From Octopus bimaculoides (taxonomy: Eukaryota): a stretch of DNA of 64,000 bases. The position numbers were made by a program, and so were the translations under genes. The notes beneath the pieces were generated by a model, which was not told the origin of the DNA, did not search any database, and was given only the letters and a program-made list of their open reading frames with translations. This document shows, piece by piece, positions 27,792 through 42,440 of this stretch. The first letter of the stretch is position 1. Each line of letters opens with the position of its first letter. The stretch spans positions 73,065,967 through 73,129,966 of the forward strand of contig NC_068983.1 in the NCBI RefSeq assembly GCF_001194135.2. Direction: 5' to 3'.

Positions 27792-29319
27792 CTAGCTAGC
27801 TAGCTAGCGCACGCGCGGGTGTGTGTGTGTGTGTGTCTGTGTGTACATACACACACATACACAAATTCAATGAAGAATGAAAATTATGTTATAAATTCTT
27901 AAATTGTTTTTTTCATTGTAACAGTTTATTTTCAGTGATATTCTCAGAGATTAAAGACGTGTTAATCCAAATTAATCTTTGCACTGCAGTAATGTGTAGT
28001 AGTAATGACTAGAATTTTCATACTTTCAAGGTTACCACTCAAAGTGTTAGAGTTTACATATCTACATGCTACAAAAGTCAGTGAGGATTCAATCAAAATT
28101 TCAACACCATGAGAAAAGCTTCTAAAAAGTTAGTTACCATGTATAGAACTTGTTTATTTTAAATAATTCATTAAAGGAGCAGATTCTAATATCATTTCAA
28201 ACATGTCTAATCACTAAAATCTGATTTTTTTTTTTTCATCTTTTCATGATAAAAATAAATATTGAAAAGAAAAGTAATACAGAGATATAATATCAGCAAG
28301 AATCTTGTTTTATAAAAACTAAAGCATATGTCCAATTGCTAATACTCCACATAGAGTAGGTAGCAGATACCATCCAGTGTAGTAGAGATAATATTTAGAG
28401 AAAAGCTAGCAGCAATTTCTAATTATTAATCCCAAACACCCAACAAAGTACCTTTAATAGGTTTAAATTTAAGATCTATGGGCAAGTAAGTCAAAGTGTT
28501 AATCACTCCATTGTTGAGCCTTCACAAAATAAGTTCCTGTTTTAGGCACAAGACTAACAATTTTGAAAGGACTTGACTGGTACTTTATTTTATCAACCTC
28601 TGAAAGAATAAAAAGCAAAGTTGACCTTGGTGGGATTTGAACTCAGACTGTCAAGAGCTGGAAGAAATATTGAAAAGCATTTCCCCAACACTCTAACAAT
28701 TCTGCCAATCATTAGCATATTGGACAAAATACTTAGGCACATTTCTTCTGGCTCTCTACTTGCTGATCTCAAATCCTGCTGAGGTCAACTTTGACCCCTC
28801 TCCTAAAATTTTTAGCCTTCAGCCAAAATTTAAAACCAGTTTTATTGTCAATGTTATTATTACTATTATAGTAATAATAAACTTTCTGTATTTAAAGCCT
28901 TTACAAGTAACAAGAATTTGTTTACATTCAAAATCAATTATAACAGAAATTAATAATACAAATTAACAGTTAAATTAAAATCTTAGTGGTCAATTCAACA
29001 CTAAGTATATTAATATTTCACTCTGGTACCATATACTAAAATTCTCTGTAATATACTTATCACAGCATAATCTAAATTTGTGAGGTGAGTTATTTGTTCA
29101 AGTTATTTTAAATTACCATACTATTCACTTTATCAGTATTGCATTTGTTCTAAACTATAGTTTTATGGAGGCCTGGTTTCTAAACTTCTGAGATGTTGCT
29201 CTCACATGAACTTACATCAGTCATTTTCAAGAAGAAACATAGCCTAAGTCAACATCACCAAAGTAAATGACATCTGCCATGGACTACTAGATGGATGGTC
29301 ATTGATTTACCATCTAAAG

Positions 29320-29640
29320 GAGCACTCCATCGGTTACGACAATGAGGGTCCCAGCTGATACAATCAACGGAACAGCTTGCGTGAAATTAATGTGCAAGTG
29401 ACTGAGCAATCCACAGACACGTGTACCCCTAATGTAGTTCTCAGGGAGATTCAGCGTGACACAGAGCGTGACAAGGCCAGCCCTTAGAAATACAGGTACT
29501 ACTCATTTTTGCTAGCTGAGTGGACAGGAGCAACGTGAAATAAAGTGTCTTGCTCAAGGACACAACGCGTCGCCAGGAATTGAACTCACGACTTTACAAT
29601 CGTGAACCGAATGCCCTAACCACTAAGCCACGTGCCTTCA
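29320..29640 (-). mobile_element. SINE family F copy with CORE-like segment
   Basis: tRNA head plus gtgtccttgagcaagacacttt (CORE-domain-like). Body shared with 45362-45760. Confidence 0.8.
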
Positions 29641-29649
29641 CTAACTTAC

Positions 29650-30000
29650 CATACAACATCTAAAAATTAGACTCAAAGGTAAGCCAAGAAGATATTAAGA
29701 ACAACAAACCATTGCAGAAAAGCTGAAATGTTTAACAACTGAAGAACCCTACAATTTGTTTAAAATTTCAACATGCAGTGGAGAAACAGAACACCAATAC
29801 TTCAAACTTATACAATTTAGAGTCTTAATGGAGTGACTTAAGAGCTGCTCTGTTTCTGCAGCTGGATCTGCAACAGAATCCTTATGCCACACACATCAAG
29901 ACTGGTGCAACAAGAGCAATACAAAAATCTGCAAGCTCATCTTGGTCAAAAACTCCACAAAACTTTAGAAAACAATCCATAATCCAAAGCCAATAAGGAC
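29650..30000 (+). mobile_element. RTE (BovB-like) ORF2 linker relic
   Basis: THQDWCNKSNTKICKLILVKN resembles the RKHQDWFDEND.EI..LL.EK motif. Confidence 0.45.
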
Positions 30001-30059
30001 AGTTACCAAAATCAAGATTAATATCCAATCAGGAAATCATACATATATGTATTTGCAAG

Positions 30060-30370
30060 TTACTTGGTGACCCTGCTAGTATCAGTGCCAAGTAAAAAGC
30101 ATCCAGTCCACACTGTAAAATAGTTGGTGTTTGGAAGGGCATCCAACTGTAAAAAATAAACCCATGCCAAAACTGACCTCACCTATGCTGGTGCCACATA
30201 AAAAGCACTCAGTCTACTCTGCAGAGCGGTTGATGTTAGGAAGGGCATCCGGCCATAAAAATCACACCAAAACAGACAGTGAAGCAAGGTGTAGTCTTCT
30301 GCCTTGCCAGCTCCTGCCAAACCATCCAACCCATGCCAGCATGGAAAGTGGATGTTAAATGATGATGATA
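30060..30370 (+). mobile_element. RTE-tail short element with an internally duplicated module
   Basis: Two successive ..aaaaagca..ggaagggcatcc.. modules, then aaccatccaacccatgccagcatggaaagtggatgttaaatgatgatg. Confidence 0.7.
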
Positions 30371-31264
30371 CACACACACATTATATACAAGCATAACTGT
30401 TGTTAAGAAGTTTATTTCTCAACCACATGGTTTCAGGTTTGACCCCACTGAATAGCAACTTGGGGAAGTGTATTTCATTCAGGCTAACCAAAGCTTGAGT
30501 AGATTTGGTTAACAGAAAGAAGCCCGTTGTGTGTACCTCCTCATTTTGACATTGTGTGATTGTTGTAAACGAGTCTAACCATCATACAAATGGTGTTATA
30601 CATTTCCAATCATGCTTGGAAACAAGTGAGGCTGACAGCAGGAAAGGCATCTGGTTCTAGAAAACCTGCCTCAAAAAATTCTGTTTGAACCAAGACAGCA
30701 TGGAAAAGTGGATGATGATGACATACAGATGTGTGCATGTGTGTGTGTGATGGACTATCTTATTCAATGCATGAGGGCACAAGAATTTTACTTTTTTCCT
30801 CCTCTCTCTCTCTCTCTCTCTCTCTTCCCTTTTTTCATTGCTTCTTTTCATTTTCCTTCCTCTCTTCTTTTCCCTCCTTTTTTCTTTCTCTTCCACACAC
30901 ACACACACAAAAGGAGTACTTTGCAGGATGATCTTGATAAAAAGAATAAGCCCACACAGTGGTAATGGATTGAGTGGGACTGTTCAGATTTTTGGTATTA
31001 CTGATAGTAACAGTTGGTGCAAGTAAGCCACAAGACTAATGAACAGTAGACCTCAATTGGATGGTTGTTGATTCTCCTGAGTTCCTCCAGCCTCTGGTGG
31101 GTCCTGCTTTTTTTTTTTTATCCTGCAAGGTGTCCAAAAATCACTCTCCTCACCAAGCAAGCTTGATGGAGTTGACAGCTTAGTCACAAACAGCCCAACC
31201 ATGTGACAAGTTGTATTAGATTATGTAATACCAGTAGCACTTGAGAGCAACCTGACATAAGTAT

Positions 31265-31302
<38 letters not shown>

Positions 31303-31549
31303 GCATACATACATTTATACATATATATATACACACACACACACACATTTTTTTCCCCATCTTCTCATTAAACATGCATAAGTCATCTTCAAAGGAATAG
31401 TCCGTCATATATGCACACTCACATACACACTTATGCATGCGCGTAAATATATATATATATCAGATGGTATGATATTCCTAGTGTACTACTACTAGCAGCA
31501 CTTTTGCTTACAGCACACCAGTTCATGTCATAAAGTAGGAGGCCTAATG

Positions 31550-31900
31550 TTTAAGTTCACCAACACATAATCTCACCCTCATCAAGTATACTGTCAAACC
31601 TCTCCAAAGCTACACAGGCAAACTCAGCACTTTGTAACACTATGCAAAACTGGAACAGCATCTTAGTGCACCAGTAAATCCCAGGGAGACACAAGTGCAG
31701 GTTAACACTCAGGGATAAACAACCCTGATACTTATTAATCACAAGCAGGAAGTGAAAGTCTAGGAGGAGACTATATCCTGAGGGACATACAAGCTCAGGA
31801 AAACAGCTTTACTGCACTTTCCAATATCCTTCAGATAGGAAAAAGTAAAAATGTCTTGGACCTCACTTGTCATTATATGTGTCTCCTTCACTGCAAACAT
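31550..31900 (-). mobile_element. LINE AP-endonuclease relic (tentative)
   Basis: FAVKETH and FCIV..FDSILDEGEIMCW segments fall in the order expected for APE motifs (QET ... GDFN). Heavily decayed. Confidence 0.35.
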
Positions 31901-34900
31901 AGTAATACTAGGAAATGTTTACTCCCAATGCCTTTTGAAAGCTTCATTGCAGTTATAATCTCTTACAATGCACCATGAACAGCAGAGGATAGATCTTTGA
32001 CTTTCAGGTGCGTGTGGGTCATTGAATTAGAATGCAAGGGGTTTCACTATTCTAAAGAAGCCTATTCCTTTCATGTAGCTCTCTCAAGACAGCCAGTGTG
32101 GATTTTTAAAATTTTAGTTAGAAACCATCTGATAGGCATCTATACAGTTTCTGACTACAAAACTCATTTGCAAGCTTAGGTAGATCTGAAGATATAATAA
32201 AAGCAATGCTACAAGATGCTTCACAGTGGAATCAAACCCAAGACCACATGGATGTGGCACAGGCTTCTTTACCACCCAACCATGTCTGCTTTCCTTCAAA
32301 TATATAAACAAATACACACACACATCAGATAAAACACTTCAGCTCTCCTCACACTTGCCTTTTTCCTTCGTCTGCTTCTTTCCTGCTTTTTAGTACTCTT
32401 TTCTTGTCCCTCTCTCAGCTAGTTTTTTTTCTCCCAGTGCTGTTTGCATGTAAAACTTATGCCCTCTTGTGGTCGTCATTAGTTGCAGCCATTTTCTCAA
32501 ACACAGAGGGCGTAAAACGTGGCTGCCTTATTTCTCTATCATCTTTACACTAAAAAGGGTTCTGTCCAAAACACTATATACTCCACTGTCCACAGTAATT
32601 TCACTGTACATTCTGTATGAATAAGAAGCTCCTTTTGCAACCATATGGTTTTGGGTTCAGCACCACTGTTAGGCACCTTGGGTGTCTTCTACTATAGCCC
32701 CCAAGCCCACCACTGTATGGAAGCCTGTCAAGCCTACATAGATATGTAAGTAAATATGTATGCGTCTGTCTGTCTGTCTGTCTGTCAACCCCATTGTGTG
32801 ACAACTGGTGTTGGGTTGTTCACTTTACAAAAATTTAGTGGTTCAGCAAAAGAACGAGAATGAAAAAAAAAGAATCTGACTAAACCTTTCAAGGTGGTGC
32901 CCCAGCATTAGCACAGTCCAATGACTGACACAAGATGAAAGATACATATATATGTATATAACATTCTGTACAGTATATCTGCGTTAAGTAAGATATACAG
33001 AATGCTATTTTGACATGCCTCTGCCTCTCCCAACAAATATATATATACATATATTCTTTTTTATGCTTCAGCCCTAAGGTTGTAGCCACGCTGTAGAGTA
33101 TCTGCATGTTATTTTGACATAATACTACTTCCATCACTAATAATAATGATAATAGACACACACACACAGATAAAAGTTGCACAAGCAGCCTTGAATAAAA
33201 TATGTTCATGTAAAGTCATGTTTAACATACTTGAGAGCACTCAGACATAGGAAGACCTTCCACTGCAGAAATAGCATCAGGAGAAAATTCTCCTACACAT
33301 TTTAAAATGTATGCATCCTATGATCCAAAGATGTTAACACTATGCCCAATATATTTTCAGGTGTACATATGTGCGTGTGTGCATATATATGTATGTGTGT
33401 GTGTGTGTATATATAGGGAGAGAGAGAGACAGACAGACGTGTATATTTATATACATGCATGTGTGTATACATATTATATATTAGGTATGCATACATACAC
33501 ATATGCACACATATATGCATTAATATATTAATTAAAGGTATATGAAGCAGTGATGATTGAAATAAAACTATGTACATTTGTATTTAACACATTTGGGTAC
33601 ACTCAAATATACACTGCTTAATCAATCAATTCTAGCTTAAAAAAGCTTTGTACATGCCAACAATTATTCTGTTTATATACCTCCTCACTACCTTTGTATT
33701 CCCCTTGCTATAGCCATCTCTACATACCTCCGACATCCATCTCTGTCACTGTATAGCTCTCTTTCTTGTTGCCCACTCTCCCTCCTTACATGTCATCTCC
33801 ATATTTTCTGACCTGCCTACACATTATACTCCTGCTTATCTCCCTTTCTATGCTGCACTTATCGCCTCCTCCTTTCTGAGCTACTCCTAGTTCTTTCACT
33901 CTGCTCTACTGATATTTATTCATTGTCCACACCTTGTTCCACTCACTACATTCATCTCTAACCGCCCCTCACTCTCCTCTCACACACTGATGAATTTATC
34001 CACCCACCGACCCCTCTTGATTCTATGTATTCTCTCTTATACTCACATTCTTGCATCTTGAGAGTTACACTCTGACACATTGTCACTACCATCAAAGCCT
34101 TTTTTCAAGTTACTCCCATTCATCCTTATAAAATGTGGAGTACCCATGTATCTCTTCTATACCTGTCCCTCTATCATACTTTAGTCTCTCAATACTTGGT
34201 ATAAAGCCACCTCCCTCTCTAACACAACCCCACTCAAGAGTTTTTTGGTGACCTCACTAGTGCCAATCTCACAATAAAAAAATCCAGTACACTGTAATGG
34301 GGTTGATATTAAGAAGGGCATCCAGTCATAGAAACCATGCCAAAACAGACATTAGAACTTAATGCAATCCTCCAGCTCATTGACTCCTGCCAACCAATTC
34401 AGCCCATGCTAACGTAGAAAATGGACATCATAAGATGACATATACACACACACATTCTTATATAATTCAGTACTTATTTTATTCATCTCTAACAAATCCA
34501 GCTTGGTTGTAAAGGAACATGACATAATCTCTAAATGCCACAAGATTTATATGCATGCGTATAAATAGTCGCCTGCTTACTTTCTAGCTTGCAAACTTCA
34601 CTCACAACATATCGATCAACCTAAGCCTTTGGTAGAAGATAGTGTGTCAACTTCTTAACCACATCTTTCAATTAGAAGCTCATTTTCATACATAGTTCTA
34701 TTAACATTCTTCATCATGACAAATGCAGCAAAAAAAGAAGAAAAAAGATGTTTTAACTTTGTTGAACCCTAACACCTGTACATGCTCCTCTATCCTTACC
34801 ATTTTTCATTCTTATAACTATTTCAAGGTGGACACACAGTCACTACTAATAAACACAATTTCTGAAAATTTGCTAGTATTTCAATATTTCTCTAATGTTT

Positions 34901-35454
34901 ATCATGTATATTTATTTTTTGTTATATTAGCAGAATATTCCATTTAGATTTTGCAGAAAGTATGTCGCTGTTGTGTTTTTGCCTTTATTTTAGAGCCAAC
35001 ATACAAAAATATTTCAAAAGCAAATGAACTTTAAATTTATTGAAATCTCATATCATAATTCTAAATCATATTAACACCACCTCATTTCAGAATAAATATC
35101 AGCCTACAATTTTTGCCTGCCCTCTCTTTCTGCTTGTATAACTCCATTCAACGTTATTAATGAAATATTAGCTGATTCAATAAGCTTCTATGTGATTGTT
35201 TAACCTGCCTGGAATAGCAGCCCAATCTCTCAAAGAACACCAGACCTTTAAAAGAACTCATTAGACAACAGAAACTAAAATAAACTTCCTGGAAAAAAAA
35301 AAATCTGAAGAGTCAAGGACTGAAAGTTTTTTTATCACAGCTCTGCTCAATCAGGGCTAATTTATGGATAAAGAACAATTGATTTTTTTTAAAAACTACA
35401 TCCAAAAAAAAATTTTCAAATTTAACATGAACAAAGTATTATTATAACTATTAA

Positions 35455-35630
35455 GGCAGTGAGCTGGCAGAATCGTTACATTGAGTCTAAACTCTACCAA
35501 GGTCAAATTTGCTTTTCATCCTTTCAAGGGTCAATAAAATAAGTACCATTTGAGCACTGGGGTCAATGGAATTTATTATCTCTCCCATTAAAATTGTTGG
35601 CCCTGTGCCAAAATTTAAAACCATTAATAA
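35455..35630 (+). mobile_element. SINE family C copy (others at about 470-700, 11150-11350, 13620-13830, 28540-28860, 36405-36625, 48200-48410)
   Basis: ggcagtgagctggcagaatcgtta...aggtcaaatttgcttttcatcctttc...gtcaataaaataagtacca, with a (taa)n tail. Recurs throughout the window. Confidence 0.75.
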
Positions 35631-35977
35631 TAATTTACTTCAATGTCCACTTTGTCATGCTAACATGGATCAGACAAGATTTCATTAAGGCAGACTTTAA
35701 ACACAACCAGATGCTCTTCCTGTCCCAATCCTTATTGGTTTTCAAGCAAGATAATATTTCCCCTAATCTACCAAATGAGGAATAGCTTGGAAATGCTCTT
35801 GCAGAAGTTTGTAAACCAATGACACTGCACATTTCAAGACAAGGGGAACATACATTAACACATACATGTGAAAGTGTGTGAGAATGTGTTTGTGTGTGTG
35901 TATGACAACTTCTTCCAGTTTCTCTCTCTACCAAATTTCATTCACAAAGTACTGATCGACCCATGGACACAGTAGAG

Positions 35978-36271
35978 CATAGGTTCTCAAAGTGGCTGCT
36001 ACCCCCACCCCCACCGGTGAGCGCTGNNNNNNNNNNGCCTGGGGGGGGGGGGGTTAGAGAAAAAGGAGGCATTGAAATGCAGTGGATTGGGGGATGTTAT
36101 GAATTTATTATAGTATTGTATACAAAATATATTGAATATCAAATGATTCATAGTATATATGAATTAGTAAAATATAAAATATTTATTTATACATAAAAAG
36201 AGGGGGGCGCTGGGGGTGTTATGTGGCCATGAGGAGGGGAGGGTAGTGGCCTAAAAAGTTTGAGACCTCTG
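35978..36271. mobile_element. hAT MITE nested inside a SINE
   Basis: TIR-like cataggttctcaaa / tttgagacctctg and 8-bp TSD cagtagag / cagtagat. It interrupts a SINE at its 'ctatagtagaagac'-like segment. Confidence 0.75.
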
Positions 36272-39200
36272 CAGTAGATGATGCCAACTGACAGAGTCTA
36301 CAAAATGGGAGTGAACCCTGGCACATGTGGTTCCAAAGCAAACTTCTTAAACCACACAGCCACAGCTGTGCCTACATTATACTTATTACAATGAGCATTA
36401 TTAGGGTGGTCAGCTGGCAGAATTGCTAGCATACCAAACAATGCTTAACAGCATTTCATCACTTTTATATTACAAGTTCAAATTTGCTGAGGTCAACTTT
36501 GCCTTTCATCCTTTCAGGGTCCACGAAATAAGTACCAGTTGAGTACTGGAATCAAAATAATAAACTAACCCCATTCCCCAAAATTTCAGGCCTTGTACTT
36601 ATAGTAGAAACGATTGTTTATGTTCATTATTATTATAAATGCAGAGGAATACTACATTCTTTTGTGTTTCCAGCTCAGATTCAGTCACAGCCAACTTTTA
36701 CTTTTTGTTCTTTCAGCACAAATAAAATAATTACAATGAAATACATAGGATCAAATTTAATAGACTATGCTCTCTCACAAAATATATGGCCTTTAGTATT
36801 CTTAGAAACCCTAGTTCTGTTATTATAAGTGGTGATGGCATTCAATTGACTAAAATGGAGAAGCTGCCAGACAAAATGTTTTGTGATACTTAGCTACATC
36901 CCTTTATATTCTAACTTCATATATTGTGCTATGGTCAGCTTTATCTTCCATATTTCTGGGATTGATAAGTACCAGTCAAGTGTTGAAGTTGATTTAACTG
37001 GACTGTATCTTCATCTGTCTATGGCCTTTTGATACCAACCCACAAGGCTGCCTCTGATGCTTTTCATACAAAGCTTCCTATTTAAAGTGTTCGTACTTAA
37101 ATTTAATCCTTATATATAGACCCATAACTGAAAACCTTCTATGAAGTTATGTTCCAAGCACCAGCTTAATACACCAATTCATAAAAAAGTGAGGTATTTT
37201 ACTAAATTCCCACCACCCACATAAAAATTTAAAAAAATTTTTTTAATTAAAACTCGTATTTAAATATGATGGAGAAAGAGTTAATTTACTGTTCCTTCCC
37301 TAGAATGTATGGCATGTACCGATTTTAGAAATCATTATTATTCAATATACTAGTTCCTCTTTAAAACTTAAAATATTTTTAGTTAATGAGGCAGGAGTGG
37401 TTCCAGTAAACTGATGACCTGACCTAAATAGGAATATAGGATCTAGAATAGCGCCATTTAGATTTAAACAACTCTCTATCACCAGTCAACAACAAGCAAG
37501 CCTTTACATGGTCATTCAATCTACTAGAAATAGCAGCCAAATTTCCCTCAAATCACATTGTACCACTTTGAATAACAAAAAGAAGACATTAGTTAATGCA
37601 GTCTTAGATACACCTACAAGGCAGGATTGCCACAACTGAAATGCCTTTAAAATCATGCCTGATCAATTAGGGTTGAACAGAGGCACCACTATTTAGATTT
37701 GAATAAGGTTAAAAGGAAACTGACAGGAGCTACAGACATTCAGCTTGGTACTTATAAATTCTATTAATTTAACATATTCATTTACCAAGTTTAATAACTT
37801 TTATTAATAAACTTGTTCAGTTCAAACAAGCTTGTTAATCAAATACCAAACTGCTATCAACTATTAAAACAGATTCTGTGAAAAAATATTTCCGGACAAC
37901 CTGTTTTAATACAAGATTTGGAGGTTTTGTGTAGAAACTATTCTACAGGCATGCAAAATTAAAATTTTTATTTTTTTAAATGTTTAAACAATATGGAATG
38001 ACATTCAGCCACAATGCTTTTCATTGCTTCTAAACAGTTTTACACCCACTTTCTTCAAGCTTGTAATAAGCTGGTTGATTCTACAATGTTCTGTTTTGTT
38101 TTTAATGCTATTTACATCTATTTTTTCATGCTTGCATGGTAAGGAATGCTCTGTTAGTTGTTCATACTGATGGAATGCCCTTCCTACTGTCAACCACTGA
38201 ACTATGTGAAAAGTGATAATTGTTTTTGTCAAGTAAACAAATTCGTGTATGTAAAATTACCTGCTTTGTTTACTAAGGGACACAATACAATGGCTGTAGT
38301 AATAAGGCTTGGAGTTTTAACTTGGTATGTGGTTAATAGTTCAATATTTTAACCTTACATCCATTATACCTTATACTGGATTTTATTTATATGAATTGTC
38401 TGGAGCCAATTTTTGGTTGCAGAATACTCTTCCTAACATTAACCATTCAACTACAGACATCAGAATGGTACTGATTTCTGAGTCAGATAATTGAGGAAAA
38501 TTATATATGCATAGCAAGGCTGATGGATGAGATCAATCAAGTCAGGTTAAAGGGAATCATAGTTATTAAATATATAAAACAAAATGATTTTTAAAAAGCA
38601 TTTTTTTTAATCATAAAAAGAAGCACACCCAATCAAATTTTGGCACTGTGGAAATGATTTTATTTTCTTTTGCTATTAACACAAAAGAAAAAGAAAGCAA
38701 GAAAGAATTATTTAATAAGTCATGACTAGTATATATGCTGTACTATGCATTCTAAGTGACAGGTTAAACAATTCTTTCTCTGTATGTATGAATGTATAAC
38801 AAAAAGGAAGCCTCTACAAGTAACTCAACCTGTTAAAAAGAACAGTCAAATATTTGCTCAAATCACATACTATTGAAGAACTCAATCATTGAATAACAAT
38901 CTGAATTTTTAAAAAAAGCGAGGTGGTCTGGACTAGATTATATTTGCCCAATCAGACTGACTTGAAGCTAAACAACACCATATGAACTATTTATGTTCTA
39001 AGTAGAGATGGTACTAGGATCCTGGTTAGGAATCATTCAGCTCCAAATTAAATTAACTTCTAATTCAAGAAAGCTAAAATGGCCAAATGAGAAAAGATTT
39101 TGAATGTTTTAAAGGCAGAACAGAAAGAAATATAAAGCGATTCAATGTAGGTTACATTTAAGTACTCTTTAAAGGATTGCATTCTTGTGTAAACAACACA

Positions 39201-41010
39201 TTGCATTGCATCATTCCAATTAGGAAATAAACAAAGTTCACATCATTATAAAATGACAAAATTCTAATATTTCAGACAGAGTGCTTTAACAGATAAGAAA
39301 ACTTTCCTTTTCAGCAAAAGCACTCTGCCACAAAATGTTAGAATTCAGTTCTCACATGAGAAACTTATTCCATTTTGTGAACTTTAAGCTGATTTTTACA
39401 GACACAGATGACACCAGCTTACTCAGATTGAAGTGTTTTACATTCAATACAGAAAGAACTGAACCAGGAAGGTCATTATATATTAAATATCTAAATAATC
39501 TGCAAAGCTAACTAAGCCAAACCAGTATAGGAATATAGGTAAGAAACAAGATTATTAGACTTTCTTTGTGTATATTGTGACAGCTTGATACAAAACTAAA
39601 TTTAATCCAATAAATTAAATTGATATTAGAGCATTGCTGAAACTTATTTTACTGACCCAAAGATGGAAAAATAAAGTCAGTCTTGGCAAGATTTAAAATC
39701 ATTCAAATTACTATAAATTCTATTGTCTACTGCTTATAGAAATGGCCCTACCTTTTTGTTTTATTTTTATTAATCTCAAACTAAAAAAAAAAACCAAATC
39801 AACCAAAAACTAAATGAATAGCTTTCTACAAAAACATTATAAACTAGGAAAAATTAATACCCCAACCTAAATAATATAATCAATAAATTTTTATAGTCTG
39901 AATTTTGTGAATTCATAATAGAAAAAGTTGTTTTTTTTTTCAATTTTACCTAAAATTTTATTTACTTCTGATCACATTATTAAAATTACTATTATTAATT
40001 ACAGAATTATGCATGAATTACTAAAAAGTTGTATTAGACATTTCAAACTTTCAAAGTATAAACTAGTTTACAACCAATTAACTTTTATTTTTCTAAAAAG
40101 GGGTGGGACTTACATTAAGCTTTTTCTAAAATTGTAAAATAAAAATGACATCCAGAAGGAAATTATTAAAATTAAAATGAATAAAACCACTAATTCTAAC
40201 AATTGCAATTTTTGGAAAAGAAATGTTATTTAGAGAGTAACAAATTGATATGAAGCTACCCATCTGCTGGCATTGGCATTAACAAACGGGAATCATTACT
40301 TTGGTAACCCATAAAAAGATAGTGCCACCTATCCAGTTCTGCTTTGTTTATTTTTTCCCCTCTTTCTCCAGTTAAGTTGCTTGTGCTCTATATCCTAGCT
40401 AAGAAAGTCTCACATGTCACCAAGAGAAAACTTGATATGAGAATTACTGTGCTCATTGCATTTTGTGGGAAAATTTCAGGACCAAACATAAATTGGTTGG
40501 CACATAAAAACAATGGAAATAATCCAAAGAAATAAAGAATTGCTATTGTTAATCATTACCACATGTAGAAGGTGAATGGTGTCTTTGAACAAATAATTTC
40601 TAAATGTGTTATGAAAATTCTTTCTGTGAGTCATTCATTTAAAAAGACATTTTTTTTTCTCTCGAAAAGTAGGATTTAATTTAGAAGTTTAAATAGAAAG
40701 AAAATCTATTCATAAGGATTTTTTTTTTTTTTAAGTTGTTAGGATTAGAAAAAAAAAACATTCTACTAAGAAATGTTTAGACATTATGCGGGTGGAAAAG
40801 AGTACAAAACTGATTTTGTGGACAAAAATAAGTTTACTTTGGTTTTGGGGTGAAAAGGCGTACTAGTTACAAACAGGAGATATATATTAACACCAAAAAG
40901 ATAGCCGTGTATCTGAGTCATCAGCTGGCCCAGTGATGCCGGAAGAGGAGCACATGAGCTAGTGATAACTCTTAGACTTTTCTCTCTCTCTCTCTCTATC
41001 TCACACACAT

Positions 41011-41047
<37 letters not shown>

Positions 41048-41690
41048 TATTTACGCCCACAGAAGTACAACAAGCATGTGTTAGTGAGGGCGAGAATTTT
41101 TAATAGAAATAGTTTATGAAAATATATGTAAAGAGAGAAATTAATTTTGTATGAATATAAAATTAACTTTGCGTTTAATTCCTACAAAATTCAGAATGTA
41201 CTTTACTCGGCAAGAAACTTGACATTTCCAAAAACCACCCATATGACTTATGTGTATGCTTGCTTGTATATAAATTCACATATAAATCAATAAAAGAATA
41301 AGCAATGAAATGACTAAATTCATTTAGTTTTCATATGCACAGCGATCTACGACAGTTCCTGGTTATCACATGACAAAGATAAAATATCTGTTTCAACGAG
41401 TAGAATCATTAATGATCAAGAGGGGGAAAAAATAACGAAGTAACACAACTGCCGACAAAATGTAGTCAAAAAAGGGGCCAAACTTTATAACGTTCAATAA
41501 ATTTGGTTGACAAAATATTTTTAAAAAAATTTAATTCCAACTGGATATATAATTGAGGGTTAATTTATTCGTATCCGACCGGTTGAATTATTCAGTCTTC
41601 ATTTAATTCTTAAATTAACATAGAATAGTAGTGAAGTGAAAATTATAAATTCTATTCTTTCTCCTCTCGTCACGGAGTTTATTATTAACA

Positions 41691-41724
<34 letters not shown>

Positions 41725-42244
41725 GAAATGCTAAATATTTATGAATCAGTAATATTCAAACTTCAGTGAAATATTATTTTCGTAAACATAGATAGGAAGA
41801 CAAACAGATATTACTTCAATCACCGAGAAAAATTAAGATCAGTACACTTCAAAAATCAAAAACGGAACTAGATATCGAGTTATCCAAGGGGGAGTGTAAT
41901 AAGAAATCGAGATCGGTGACAAGTCAGTCTCGAGAAATAGAGCTGAACTGAACTATGTTAAGATAGGGGGGAAAGTAGTGCATAAGGGTGGAGAAGAGAC
42001 AAGTTGATAGTCTCTAAAACGAAGGCAAAAACAGTGGTATGTCACTGAATACATAAGGAAAGAGAGGAGCAGGTGTCGATTAGAGTTGGGCTTGTGTAAC
42101 AAAATTTTAGCTATTATATAAACTAAGCTGTCACGAAATTTAAAAGTATTGATACATGACCAAAGCACATACACGTCTAAATTAGATAATGCTTAAAACA
42201 ATAGATATCATTTACCAGACACACCTACAAAAATTAAAATAAAA

Positions 42245-42440
42245 ACGAGCCAACTAGGAGCTTCTACGTGGTCGTTCGACCTGCTAGAAATGACAGCCAA
42301 ATCTCTCTTAAATCACACCCTACAGTCTTAAAGAGAGACACATTAGATAATGTGTTCGTAGATAAATAAGATCGTTTGGTCAGAACTGGGGCGTCTTGGG
42401 TTATAGGACCACTCAATCAAAGCTGACATGAGGGCAAAAC
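42245..42440 (-). mobile_element. Repeat family E, CpG-intact copy (decayed copies at about 1285, 6130, 14690, 20200, 37470, 44580, 46640, 55960)
   Basis: cgagccaactaggagcttctacgtggtcgttcgacctgctagaaatgacagccaaatctctcttaaatcacaccctac recurs in decayed form. Confidence 0.7.

Noticed and set aside
27748-27830. (CTAG)n-(CA)n-(CTAG)n-(TG)n self-complementary patch
   Set aside because: Complementarity comes trivially from adjacent simple repeats.
20481-33292. Other isolated splice-bounded minus-strand segments (20481-20518, 33231-33292)
   Set aside because: Neither encodes Arp3 sequence or anything recognisable. Such matches are expected by chance in 40 kb.
40455-40490. Minus-strand FGPEIF, similar to Arp3 FLGPEIFF
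   Set aside because: The flanking residues do not match, there are no splice sites, and it resembles a SINE tail (aaaatttcaggcc).
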